Shown here piece by piece: positions 54,320-64,000 of a stretch of 64,000 bases of DNA. A program made the position numbers and the translations under genes. Every line of letters starts with the position of its first letter. The first letter of the stretch is position 1. The notes below the pieces were generated by a model. The model made no database searches. It had not been told where the DNA came from and was given only the letters and a program-made list of their open reading frames with translations. The DNA is from an uncultured virus (IMG/VR IMGVR_UViG_3300018424_000013) (taxonomy: Duplodnaviria > Heunggongvirae > Uroviricota > Caudoviricetes): IMG/VR virus record IMGVR_UViG_3300018424_000013; one strand, 5' to 3'.

Positions 54320-54589
54320 CTAATTATTGTTTATTTTATTTCTTGCCTCATTAATTGTAGGTCTCCAGCCATTTTCCCATTTTTCCCTTTGAGGAAATTT
54401 AAAATGGAGACAACATAGATAACAGCATCCTTCTTTTTTTAAAAAAACACAGTCTTTCTCTGACTGTAATGCTAAATTGCAAACTGGGCAATCGATTTCA
54501 GCTGCCCAGCCTTTAGGTTTTATAATTATAACATTATCTTTTTTAGTCCACACTTTTTCATTCGTATGATATTTTAGCGTCTCTGCCAT
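54320..54589 (-). CDS. small Zn-finger protein
   Basis: CPVC...GCCYLC...WENGWRP; start uncertain (MAETLK). Confidence 0.65.
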   Translation of the reverse strand: MAETLKYHTNEKVWTKKDNVIIIKPKGWAAEIDCPVCNLALQSEKDCVFLKKEGCCYLCCLHFKFPQREKWENGWRPTINEARNKINNN

Positions 54590-57500
54590 TTTTAGTAATC
54601 TCCAACATGTCATCTACTGAATCTTTTATTACATCGACATGAGATATAATCAATATTAACCTATAATATTTCTTAAATCTTTTTAGTAAACCACTAACAG
54701 CTTCAATATTTTGTGGGTCAAGTGCACCAAAACCTTCATCGACAATAAACATATCTGATTTATTAAGTGATGACACATTTGACAAAGCAACTCTAAGAGC
54801 CATTGACGAAACCATTTTTTCCATACCAGAACCACACTCTATTGGTCTTCTGCTGTCACCATAATTGATAAATATATTAGTGTTCCTTTCATCTACTTCT
54901 AATTCAACAGTAAAACCAGTTACATCTTCTAAAATCCTGCTTAATTCTAGGTTGATAACAGGCATTTGTTTTTCCATTATAAAGGTAGGTATACCGCGCC
55001 AGCTAGTTGCGCGCAAAAGAAAATCATAAACTGTCCACTCAACTTGCAAATCATCAAACTCTTTTTGATCTTGGATCAGTTTTTCAATTTGTCTTTGCTC
55101 GCTGCCCATATTTTGTAAAACAACATGCAACTTATTCTTCTTTTGCTTCTTCTGTGTAGTTACATCTGCAAGTTTTTTATTAATAGCTGATATTATAGCA
55201 TTATCGCTATTCTCTAACAACAACTCAATGTTCTGTGCATCTTTTGTTTTCATTGCAATAGATTTCTCTATTTCTTTTTTTGCATATTTTAATGAAATTA
55301 TTTGCTCCTTCAGTAATGCAATATTATTATTTACCTGAGATAGTTTGTTTTTAAGTGCATCATATTTCTTAATTTTATCTTTTAATTCAGTTTCGTCATA
55401 TTCCGATATTTTTTCTTTTAAGTTATCTATATCACCTTTTAAACTTTTAACCAGTGTTTTTTGTTCTGACAAGAGCAGTTTATTCTTATGACTTTCCGCT
55501 ATAAATTTACATGTAGGAAACTGATTACCACAGGGTACCTGGTTTAACAGTTTAACAGATTTTTTTTGATTATCTAATAACGAGTGTTCTTTACTATATT
55601 TTATCTTTATTTTAGAAATACTTGCATTAACACTATTGATTAAATCTAGCGTTTTGTGACAAAAGTCAATATCAACATTATTTAATATTTTTTTAGTATC
55701 AATAATATACTTTAGCTGTTTTGATATTTGTTCTGATTTATCTTTTATTTCTTCATTTACACTATCTAATTTCTTATTTTCTTTTTTTATAAGTTTTTGC
55801 AAATTGATCAGAGAATTTGGATCAACAAAATCTTTATTTTCACTCTTGGCCTCTGATTTTATTTTATCATATTCCGCTGTTAATTCACCAATATCAAACT
55901 TGAGTTTTTCTTTATTAATTTCCAAATTTTTTAAATTTTCTTTACATGCTAAAATTTCTTTTTCCCAATCTTTTTGCTCATATCTTTTCATCAAAGATTT
56001 AATGCCAGCGGATTCCTCTCTAATAACAGAAGATAAGTTATCGTAAACATCTAAACCTAAAAATGAGCTCAAAGTCTTCTTCCTATCAGTTGCGCCTTTG
56101 TTAATAAAATTATTCATATTACCTTGCGCAGCAAAAGAAGTCATCATAAATTCATCTGGGGAACCTATCAATTCACGTAAAGATTTTTCGGTGTCCTTTC
56201 TTTGTTCGCCTGATAAATCTCTAACAATGTTTTCATCATTGTCTATTTCAAATAAGTTTAGATACGACATAGCACCTTCGCCTCGAGGATTTCTATATCT
56301 AACCGATTGTCTTTCCAACCTATATGGTTTTCCATTAACAGTAAAAACAACATCAGCATTACATTCCTGAGATCTATTGTTTATTACATGCATTATAGAA
56401 GTCAAACCTCTATCGTTGGAATTAAACAAGGAATACATTAATGTTCCTGGTATAGATGATTTTCCACACCGGTTTTTGCCAAACAAACCTACAATGCCAT
56501 TTAATTTGCTAAAATTTATAGTGTTATCTTTACCATAACCAAATGTATTATCAAAATTCATCTTTTTTACTGACCACTTTGCTGATCTAAAATCAGATAT
56601 AGATTTTAAATTAGGCACTAGCTCATCAACTATTTTATCAACCTTGTTCCAAAAAACCTCATCTTTGTGAGATTCGTCAGCAGAATATTCTCTTAACAAT
56701 CTCTTATGAGTATCCGGATTTGACAAGTCTTCTAATTTTACTTTATTTGTTTGGTCTACTGTTAAACCTGTTTTATCGTTTCTTAAATCTATTTTATATA
56801 CTACTTCTTCTGCATTGTGTTCCCTTCTTAGTTTGTTACTTAGTTTTCTTTGTGTTTTAGGGTCTAAATTTTCATATGCCCTTATTCTAAATCTAGATTT
56901 TTTTGGCCAGTTAGTCATACAATTAAATGAAGTACTGTCTATATCACCAGCCCAATCTACAGTTACAAACGGAACATTATGTTTAACTTTTTTAAACTCA
57001 ACAGTGAAATTATCTTTATCCACAATGTCCCACAGAAGAAAACCCTTGTCCATGGATTCGCCATAATTTTGCTGAATTGTAGATCCGCAATACCATACAC
57101 GACCTTCTTTATCAAGTTGTTGTGTTTTATGAATATCACCTAGCATTGTAAAGTCAAATGGTTTAAATAGTGACATTCCTGTTTCACCATCTAACATGTA
57201 ATTTGTGTCAGTATGTGAACCCCAAACAGCACCGTGATATAATGCAATATTTATATTGCCATTATTCTTTGGCACAACGTTACTGTAATTCAATTCATCA
57301 AAAGGACTGAATACGCACCAGTTAACTCCAAGCTTATCACAAGGAAAAACACCGGAGTCCCTATACAAATGCACATTTGGAAGATTTAAGGCTCTTAAAA
57401 TAGGACTGATGGCATCTTGTCTATCAGTGTTAAGTACAAGTCCATCATGGTTACCTAGCATTACATACGTATCACATATATTATTCATCTCAGTAAACCA

Positions 57501-57689
57501 CCATCTTAAGCAATCAATAAGCTCAGGTGAAATACCTTGTGTTTTATTATGTACAATGTCACCAGCTACAACGATTGCATCCGGCTTAATCATTTTACAT
57601 TGATTAAACATGTCTGTGAAACTATCTTTATATTCTTTATGACGCGTCAGACCACGCCAATGAACATCAGCAATATGAACAATCTTCAT
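54558..57689 (-). CDS. fused Mre11/SbcD nuclease - Rad50/SbcC ATPase (gp47-gp46 fusion)
   Basis: ADVHW, AGDIVH, GNHD, HG, LGDIH phosphoesterase motifs, then Walker A GKNRCGKS, Q-loop AQG, coiled coil, signature GSGME, Walker B FIVDEGFGALD, ISH. Confidence 0.93.
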   Translation of the reverse strand: MKIVHIADVHWRGLTRHKEYKDSFTDMFNQCKMIKPDAIVVAGDIVHNKTQGISPELIDCLRWWFTEMNNICDTYVMLGNHDGLVLNTDRQDAISPILRALNLPNVHLYRDSGVFPCDKLGVNWCVFSPFDELNYSNVVPKNNGNINIALYHGAVWGSHTDTNYMLDGETGMSLFKPFDFTMLGDIHKTQQLDKEGRVWYCGSTIQQNYGESMDKGFLLWDIVDKDNFTVEFKKVKHNVPFVTVDWAGDIDSTSFNCMTNWPKKSRFRIRAYENLDPKTQRKLSNKLRREHNAEEVVYKIDLRNDKTGLTVDQTNKVKLEDLSNPDTHKRLLREYSADESHKDEVFWNKVDKIVDELVPNLKSISDFRSAKWSVKKMNFDNTFGYGKDNTINFSKLNGIVGLFGKNRCGKSSIPGTLMYSLFNSNDRGLTSIMHVINNRSQECNADVVFTVNGKPYRLERQSVRYRNPRGEGAMSYLNLFEIDNDENIVRDLSGEQRKDTEKSLRELIGSPDEFMMTSFAAQGNMNNFINKGATDRKKTLSSFLGLDVYDNLSSVIREESAGIKSLMKRYEQKDWEKEILACKENLKNLEINKEKLKFDIGELTAEYDKIKSEAKSENKDFVDPNSLINLQKLIKKENKKLDSVNEEIKDKSEQISKQLKYIIDTKKILNNVDIDFCHKTLDLINSVNASISKIKIKYSKEHSLLDNQKKSVKLLNQVPCGNQFPTCKFIAESHKNKLLLSEQKTLVKSLKGDIDNLKEKISEYDETELKDKIKKYDALKNKLSQVNNNIALLKEQIISLKYAKKEIEKSIAMKTKDAQNIELLLENSDNAIISAINKKLADVTTQKKQKKNKLHVVLQNMGSEQRQIEKLIQDQKEFDDLQVEWTVYDFLLRATSWRGIPTFIMEKQMPVINLELSRILEDVTGFTVELEVDERNTNIFINYGDSRRPIECGSGMEKMVSSMALRVALSNVSSLNKSDMFIVDEGFGALDPQNIEAVSGLLKRFKKYYRLILIISHVDVIKDSVDDMLEITKNGRDAKISYE

Positions 57690-58612
57690 AACATTTTTAT
57701 CCTTTGCAACAGTGCGCTTTTTTCAGACCATGGTGTTGATTTTTTATAAACATCTAGAACTTGATCTGGGTTTAAATCACCAATATCACCATTTTCAACA
57801 GTGACATGTGAAACGTTTACATTATATTCTACTAAGTTTTTAGCAATTTTATTTTTCTTTTTTTCCGCATCAATGTCTAAACAAAGTATCACATGTGTGT
57901 TATTTTTAACAATATTGTAAAACAACATATCATTCTCTTTAAGACTTGAACCTAATATGCATGTTGCATTTAAATGTTTACATTTTACCAAATCTAAGGG
58001 CCCTTCTACTACAAACAATGGTTTAGACCAATCAACATCTATTTCATTAAAAACGATATTCGTTTTTTTAATTTGTGCGTTTAAGTACTTATAATTATTG
58101 TCTTTTTGTATTGTGCGAGCTGCCCAGTAATTAATATCACCATCTACATCAAAGCTAGGTATTATTAAGCGGTTTCTCAACTTAAAATCTTTGTTTGTAT
58201 AACCTAATCTATATCTCCACATAAGATCTTCTGTTATTCCACGCTCTTCACAATATTTCTTTATTGCTTTAGCATCAGGGTCCCACAAAGACTCCATTAC
58301 TAATCTAAAACCTTCAGGTAATTCTGTTTTAGTAACTACAACTTCTTTTTCTATAGAGTATTTTGAATTACCAAATTTGTTAATATAATCTGATAGCAAA
58401 CCAGAATTAACTTTTTTAATAAGAAAGCTTAAGTTTCTACCTTTTATATCGCAGACCCAACAATGAAAATAATCAGTGTCAGTTCTTATAGCCAACTTTT
58501 TCTTTGTGCTACCAGGTTTAGAACAAAAAGGACAACGCACGGAGATCTCATTACCACCATGCTTTTTTATTGGGCCGAATATCTTCTGTAGGTATTTTAG
58601 TTTATCATGCAT
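57686..58612 (-). CDS. DNA primase (Zn-ribbon + TOPRIM)
   Basis: CPFC..HCWVC, ERGI, RLIIP, KYLN, VEGPLD, LDIDA, DIGD. Confidence 0.92.
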   Translation of the reverse strand: MHDKLKYLQKIFGPIKKHGGNEISVRCPFCSKPGSTKKKLAIRTDTDYFHCWVCDIKGRNLSFLIKKVNSGLLSDYINKFGNSKYSIEKEVVVTKTELPEGFRLVMESLWDPDAKAIKKYCEERGITEDLMWRYRLGYTNKDFKLRNRLIIPSFDVDGDINYWAARTIQKDNNYKYLNAQIKKTNIVFNEIDVDWSKPLFVVEGPLDLVKCKHLNATCILGSSLKENDMLFYNIVKNNTHVILCLDIDAEKKKNKIAKNLVEYNVNVSHVTVENGDIGDLNPDQVLDVYKKSTPWSEKSALLQRIKML

Positions 58613-58632
58613 GAATATACTATAACAAAAAA

Positions 58633-59178
58633 TTAATTTTGTATAAGTATTTGGCCAGCACTAGCAATTACCCAAGCATCCGACATGTCTCTTGCTTCCG
58701 CCACTATAATTTCTGTGCCTTTTCTAGGCCCACTTTTCAAAACTTTTTTAGGCCAAGGATACAGTAGTTTATTATTCACCCAGTTAAAAACTTGTTCTTT
58801 GATAGGAATGCCACATTTTTTTACGGTAACAGTTTTTATTCCCAAGGACTTTCTAGCTCTATTGACGTTAATTAAATGCACCTCTTTTTGGGTAGCTTTG
58901 TAACATATAAACTGTATTATTCCATTAAAGCTATAAAGGGTTGTTATGGTTTTTGCTGAAGACATACCTTTCCCAAAACCTAAAAAAGGTTCTTCGACAT
59001 ATATTTCTTCAACGTCGTTTTTACTTAACAGTATTGTTAACCACTCTTCAAAAATCTTTGCTTTTTCCATTAAAGTTTTTTTTGAAGAGAATTTGATATA
59101 ATGCATTGCTTTTATATCTTCGCCTTCTTTAAGACAATAGCCTATACAAGAAGTACTTACATCTAAACCTAAAATCAT
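58633..59178 (-). CDS. RuvC-like Holliday junction resolvase
   Basis: ILGLDVST, IYVEEP, KEQV, DMSDAWVIA. Confidence 0.82.
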   Translation of the reverse strand: MILGLDVSTSCIGYCLKEGEDIKAMHYIKFSSKKTLMEKAKIFEEWLTILLSKNDVEEIYVEEPFLGFGKGMSSAKTITTLYSFNGIIQFICYKATQKEVHLINVNRARKSLGIKTVTVKKCGIPIKEQVFNWVNNKLLYPWPKKVLKSGPRKGTEIIVAEARDMSDAWVIASAGQILIQN

Positions 59179-61604
59179 TAAAAATCCAATCTTAATCTTA
59201 TTAAATATTTGTCATTCGGCTGTTTTATTATTGGTTGTGCTAAAGTTGCTTTAGCTATTACGTTTAGATTGCTGTCATGCAAATTAACTCGAGTTATGTA
59301 TACAAAACTATTATCTTCTTCATGTACATAATCACTTGGCTTTAAAGATTGGTAATTAGGGTTAGATGAGCTAGTGAACAAGCCTCTTTGCACGGGTAGG
59401 TTATATTCTTTTACAAATACTTGGTTTTCACCTCTAAACTCAATATAAAACTCATAATCAAATATATTATACAGAGTAGGATTAGTAATTACAATTATTC
59501 CTGTAGAATAATCTATTTTGCCAATTTGATGTCTTTTTGCAGGAGTAGTAGAATCTGATCTGTAAAAAGCTCCACTTGTATCATCCACTAAAGTGATACT
59601 ATATTCATCATCATAAGGTTTGCCTCTTATAATAACACTGCCTGGCTTAATTCTTTCACCATAAAATATTTGTGGTATGGTAATCATGATGTACGTATTA
59701 TTTGATTTATCAAACTTATTTGCAACGTTAAACCAGCCGCTAAAAAATTCTGGTCTAGCTATAACTTCTTGTGCTTTCGTAGCACCACTGTTTTCAGCTG
59801 AAAATAACTTGACAACATCAGCATACACTTCATCAGCAATCATGTACAAAGAATTTTTATCATCAACAACAGCTACATCTAGTGTTTTTATTTTATTAAC
59901 ATCATTATTATAATATGAACCTGATTGAACGTTGCCGTTTAAAAACGGAGTCGCATTAAATGTAAAATCATAATTATCACTGGGTAATATTGTTAGATTT
60001 CTTTTATTACGTAACAGATTATCTTGAAAGTAACTACCGGTAAAACTGTGACAATTTTTATATAATGTGCGAGCTTCAGATTCGGAAAGCAAATGCAAGA
60101 AAGGATAATTTTTTGTTTTATATTCTTTTAGAAAATTAGCAATATTAACATTAGCAAAACCACCAATGTGCGCATGATTTATATTGTTAATATACGAACC
60201 TGATCTAACTTCCCAAGTTGTGTCAATATTCCAAAAATCAGTCAAATTATTAGAAGCAGCAATATTACTTTGGTTGTTTTTTAACACATTAGAATAAACT
60301 TGTGGGCCATTAGAATTAAACAAAAGCGGCAAATAAAACTTAAAATTGTCCATTGACCCAGTATATGATGTGTATCTGTCAGCAATATATTCATTTGTTT
60401 TTGCACCAGTTTCAATCTTTATTTCATGCATTTCAGCATTTAAACAATGCGAAATAAGCGGTGATATGTCAAATCCATCGACTGTTTCACTAGTAAATTC
60501 AACACCCTGTGTAACGCCATTTGCACCAAATATTTTATCTTGATCAGCTGTACTACCAGTAAAAAAACCACCTAATAATATTGCATTACTTGTACTGGTC
60601 GTAACACTTGCTAAAGGCGTAAAATTATTTGCTTGTTTGTTATAGTCTAATTGAATTACCGGCTCCCCACTATTATAATTAGGTGACCATTTAAACAAAT
60701 AATTTGTCCATTCCCCAGCTGTTAAGTACCCGCTGCTTCTATATCCATGAGTTCCCAAAGACACATTTTCTGGATTGCTAATACTGTTTCCTAACTGAGT
60801 AACTATTTCAAGCTTATCACTGTATCCATTTTCGTCATATGTAACTGGGTGTATTGAGACAGCATATTGATCCAAATGGTGCAATATACCTTCAGACCCC
60901 GTACAAAACTTAGATGGCTTTATCCAAAATGATATAGTAATACCATCAGAATCTAAGTTATAAGCATTATTTGAATTATAATAAAATATGCCATGCTTTT
61001 CAGTTGTTTTTTGCTTTAAATTTAATACATGAGCGTTATCAATATATTCATTTAAATAATTTAAAGCTGATATATTATTGCCACTATCGTACATGTTTTT
61101 GTAAATCATACTGGCAGAAGAGAAAAGAGAGTTGCCAGGTGACAGTATTCGAATATCTTTTTTAGTTGCATTTCTAGGATGCATACCAAAATCTGAATAT
61201 CCTTTATGCGCAAAGTTTAAATTCAGCTGACTATTAGGGGAAATTTCTGGTGGCCAGTTTGCTTGACTTTCATATGCACTAGCACCATCTAACAACAAAG
61301 CAAGAGCTGTTTCATGATTAGTTGCACCAGTTTTTCCTATGCCAACATTGCCTTGGTATATTTCCTGTCTACGACGCTCAAAAGTATTAACGTGAAAAGG
61401 TTGCACCAATGCTTCACCATTAGGTCCAACTCCGCCAAGTCCTTCACGCAAATCTATTGAATCTTTCTGTGTATCACTTCTATTAACAAATACAAATACA
61501 GAACCAGTAACACCACTTACACTAGATGAAGTAAAACTTCTAAATCCGTTCAGTACTGTGTTATAAGTTGTTTCATAAGATTTGCTAAACTTTATAAATG
61601 CCAT
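59178..61604 (-). CDS. virion structural protein with LamG/concanavalin-like domain and conserved C-terminal baseplate/collar domain
   Basis: TISFWIKP, GEWTN, AILLG, EIKI (LamG pattern); YGERIKPGS; C-terminal YITRVNLHD..IAKATLAQPIIK..IRLRLDF. Confidence 0.65.
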   Translation of the reverse strand: MAFIKFSKSYETTYNTVLNGFRSFTSSSVSGVTGSVFVFVNRSDTQKDSIDLREGLGGVGPNGEALVQPFHVNTFERRRQEIYQGNVGIGKTGATNHETALALLLDGASAYESQANWPPEISPNSQLNLNFAHKGYSDFGMHPRNATKKDIRILSPGNSLFSSASMIYKNMYDSGNNISALNYLNEYIDNAHVLNLKQKTTEKHGIFYYNSNNAYNLDSDGITISFWIKPSKFCTGSEGILHHLDQYAVSIHPVTYDENGYSDKLEIVTQLGNSISNPENVSLGTHGYRSSGYLTAGEWTNYLFKWSPNYNSGEPVIQLDYNKQANNFTPLASVTTSTSNAILLGGFFTGSTADQDKIFGANGVTQGVEFTSETVDGFDISPLISHCLNAEMHEIKIETGAKTNEYIADRYTSYTGSMDNFKFYLPLLFNSNGPQVYSNVLKNNQSNIAASNNLTDFWNIDTTWEVRSGSYINNINHAHIGGFANVNIANFLKEYKTKNYPFLHLLSESEARTLYKNCHSFTGSYFQDNLLRNKRNLTILPSDNYDFTFNATPFLNGNVQSGSYYNNDVNKIKTLDVAVVDDKNSLYMIADEVYADVVKLFSAENSGATKAQEVIARPEFFSGWFNVANKFDKSNNTYIMITIPQIFYGERIKPGSVIIRGKPYDDEYSITLVDDTSGAFYRSDSTTPAKRHQIGKIDYSTGIIVITNPTLYNIFDYEFYIEFRGENQVFVKEYNLPVQRGLFTSSSNPNYQSLKPSDYVHEEDNSFVYITRVNLHDSNLNVIAKATLAQPIIKQPNDKYLIRLRLDF

Positions 61605-61606
61605 TT

Positions 61607-62944
61607 CTAAAAATCTAAACGTACTTTAATTGTAAGCTGTGTTTGATTATCCTTCTCTAAAGGTCTAGACATTTTCGCAACAGCTAATAATTCTTCCGAG
61701 TCATTATACAACCCAACCCCAGTAATATAAACAAATGCTGAATCACCAGTTTCTTCGATTGTATTAATAGACCCATCAGATGTAATAAAAGTAGGGTTAC
61801 TACTAAAATTAAATTGGTCTGCCTGTGCATTACAAAAATATATTGTACTTTCAATATTTGTCTGATTTTGAAAAGCAGTCGCTGTTAAGGACCCAGATTG
61901 AAAACGTCCAGTTGAAATATGATCAATGACATTGTCGATAGAAGCTGAGCAAACAAAATCAGGTATAAATGTTGCACTGGCATTTCCACCGCCATCAGCT
62001 TCACCTATAGAAATTTCCCCGGCAGTTACTGCTCCAGCGCTAGCACCAGTATAGGAAGTATTATTCATGCCATCTATAACCCCAAGAATGTGTTGATCAG
62101 GGTCAAAAATTTTCTTCATATCTAAAACAGCCACACCAGCATCATAAAATATTAATCCAGCATTTTCTGTTGTATTGTCAGCAAACTTAAGTTGTGCGCA
62201 ATCTCCGGCATTGCTTAATCGTAAATTAGATGTAGCAGATATATCAGCAACAATTCTATTTCCTAAAATAGAAGAAGTGCATTCGCCTTTGATGCCAACA
62301 TTTGGTACAGCACCACTATCATTAGAACTAAGACTAGCACTTCTGTATATACGCATTGCAAATGTTTCTTTTCTAATTGCATCCCGCGCAAACAATCTTT
62401 TAATATCTAAAAACAAAGCTGTTCCTATTAAGTTGGAATTTGCATTAATGGATGAAGCTGCAAAGGTAGTATTTAGATTATTAGCCGGGAAGTTATCACC
62501 TAAATAAAACCCTGCTTCGGAGTCACCCAAGAGCACTTTTGCGTGTTGTCTATAAATGTCAATTTTTTCACGCATCATCAAGCTTGAACTCGGATACAAG
62601 GGCCGGTTGTTACTATTTACACTAGTGCAAATATCCATTGCTGGTGCATTTCCCCCACTGGCTTCACCGGCATCAAAGGCTGTTTTATTGAAAAACATTC
62701 CCATTGTCATATCCATAATAGGATTTGCTGTTTGCAAACTAAAATCTTGATCAAACACGGTTTGAAATAACGATGAAGTAACTCCGGGGCCAATGCCACC
62801 AGTTACAAATACCTGATATTTTTTTCTTGTAACACTGCCGCTAATATCTTCTTGAATTACATCAATAAGTTGATTAAGCTTTGTTCTAGTAGAAGTTTGG
62901 TTTCCCAATCCACCATCTTCAAAATTACCAAATTTAATTGCCAT
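61607..62944 (-). CDS. virion structural protein (paralogous C-terminal domain)
   Basis: GLIFYDAG, FNFSSNPTF, YITGVGLYND..LLAVAKMSRPLEK..IKVRLDF. Confidence 0.7.
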   Translation of the reverse strand: MAIKFGNFEDGGLGNQTSTRTKLNQLIDVIQEDISGSVTRKKYQVFVTGGIGPGVTSSLFQTVFDQDFSLQTANPIMDMTMGMFFNKTAFDAGEASGGNAPAMDICTSVNSNNRPLYPSSSLMMREKIDIYRQHAKVLLGDSEAGFYLGDNFPANNLNTTFAASSINANSNLIGTALFLDIKRLFARDAIRKETFAMRIYRSASLSSNDSGAVPNVGIKGECTSSILGNRIVADISATSNLRLSNAGDCAQLKFADNTTENAGLIFYDAGVAVLDMKKIFDPDQHILGVIDGMNNTSYTGASAGAVTAGEISIGEADGGGNASATFIPDFVCSASIDNVIDHISTGRFQSGSLTATAFQNQTNIESTIYFCNAQADQFNFSSNPTFITSDGSINTIEETGDSAFVYITGVGLYNDSEELLAVAKMSRPLEKDNQTQLTIKVRLDF

Positions 62945-62954
62945 TGTTTACTCC

Positions 62955-63668
62955 CTAAACTTCTACTTTAACTACTTTTGTTATGCTAATATTTGTGTTT
63001 GTTTCTATTATTTTTACTGGTACACTTATTTCACTATTAGCAGAATATGCAGCACTATATTGAGCATATATTTCTGATCTGTTTAATTGTACCGTTACTG
63101 TATCAGCCGTATTTACTGTTGGCGAAAAGCTTTGATCACCATCATATTCAGCCGCTTTTTTAAAACTGTTGTTAATAGTTTCTTCGCTGCTTCCCTCAGC
63201 CCGTAAAAATCTGCCATCATACTCTAGTCTAAATTTTCCATCAATGTTTTCCAATATTGTGCCAGCCTTCTTTTTCAAGTCAATAGTAAGTGATATTGCT
63301 TGAGGTGCTACACCTATTACACTGATTTTATTGTTCTGATTTGCAAATGATGCCTCTAAAAAGAAAAAATCCTGAGGCGTTTGAGCTATTTGAGTATTTT
63401 GATTAAACTCACTACTTTCTAATGTTAGTAATTGATGTTTTAAGCCAGTGTTTGCACTAGTGCTAGCTTCAAAAATAGGCGTATTTTTTTCTATTTTTTC
63501 ACGACCTATTGTTTTTCCGTATTTTTTAATGATAGTATAATCAATTTCATCATCAAAAAAAGCATACTGTTGAATGCTAAAATTACCATCTGCTATTGCC
63601 TTTCGGCCGGCATCTGTTAATACAGCATCAATTAAAATGTTGTTTGTACTATGATCTAACAATCCCAT
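62955..63668 (-). CDS. virion structural protein (tail-collar/baseplate-like N-terminus)
   Basis: DAVLTDAGRKAIADGNFSIQQYAFFDDEIDY..TPIFEA. Confidence 0.65.
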   Translation of the reverse strand: MGLLDHSTNNILIDAVLTDAGRKAIADGNFSIQQYAFFDDEIDYTIIKKYGKTIGREKIEKNTPIFEASTSANTGLKHQLLTLESSEFNQNTQIAQTPQDFFFLEASFANQNNKISVIGVAPQAISLTIDLKKKAGTILENIDGKFRLEYDGRFLRAEGSSEETINNSFKKAAEYDGDQSFSPTVNTADTVTVQLNRSEIYAQYSAAYSANSEISVPVKIIETNTNISITKVVKVEV

Positions 63669-63749
63669 ACGTATACACTCCTAAATTAACTTAATTTATC
63701 TATAAATATGCAAAAGTAAAAATAATAATCGTCGACAAAGCATTATTGT

Positions 63750-64000
63750 TTAAACTTCTTCTTCTAAATACAAATCTACTATTTTTTGTTGTTGGGTAAA
63801 TATATCAATTAATTGTACTTTATAATTTGGGTTAGCACTGTCTTTATTAACTTTTTTTGTTATTGTGTTGTTTTCTGGACAGTGATATATCTTTATATTT
63901 TTATATTTGCTAGCATTTAATGAATCTGATAAAAATATTTTATTGTCTAATCGATTGGGCACGTTGTTTATATACAAATTTGGTTGTTGCAATTGTGCAC
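63750..64000 (-). CDS. C-terminal part of a hypothetical (probably structural) protein, truncated by window edge
   Basis: Open frame continues to the right edge of the window. Confidence 0.55.
   Translation of the reverse strand, partial: AQLQQPNLYINNVPNRLDNKIFLSDSLNASKYKNIKIYHCPENNTITKKVNKDSANPNYKVQLIDIFTQQQKIVDLYLEEEV

Noticed and set aside
1..64000. Alternative genetic code (stop-codon reassignment), as seen in some jumbo phages
   Set aside because: Core genes are full length and densely packed under code 11, and TAA, TAG and TGA all terminate genes
1..64000. tRNA genes and CRISPR arrays
   Set aside because: Intergenic gaps are short, and none showed a cloverleaf/T-loop pattern or repeat-spacer periodicity by eye; tRNAscan-SE and CRISPR finders were not run

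Overview
This window is a ~64 kb AT-rich segment of a large T4-like (far-T4/jumbo) myovirus genome. Essentially all real genes lie on the minus strand and read in standard code 11. In transcription order (right to left) it carries three baseplate/collar-type virion genes and a RuvC-like resolvase, primase and fused Mre11-Rad50 (gp47/gp46) block. Next comes a head module: TerL, portal, prohead protease, several small head proteins, a divergent ribosomal protein bS21, scaffold and major capsid. Neck/terminator genes, two tandem tail sheath paralogs, tail tube and a tail-assembly chaperone pair with an apparent programmed frameshift follow. A sigma70-promoter-driven island of hypothetical genes then precedes the tape measure and baseplate genes. 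The replication/metabolism block holds a miniature family-A polymerase, SSB, RecA/UvsX, 5'-3' exonuclease, helicase, class II RNR, ClpP, a Dps-like protein, amidase endolysin, glutamine synthetase II, Dam, a tiny unannotated lipoprotein, ThyX and Fpg/Nei. The most notable observations are a candidate pseudoknotted ncRNA upstream of thyX, the +1/-2 frameshift site, the bS21, the mini-PolA, an exact 34-bp promoter/hairpin duplication, and a strong [S/T]-G-S motif enrichment in outer virion proteins. I saw no tRNA, rRNA, CRISPR array, intron or intein. All calls come from motif recognition by eye; no searches were run.
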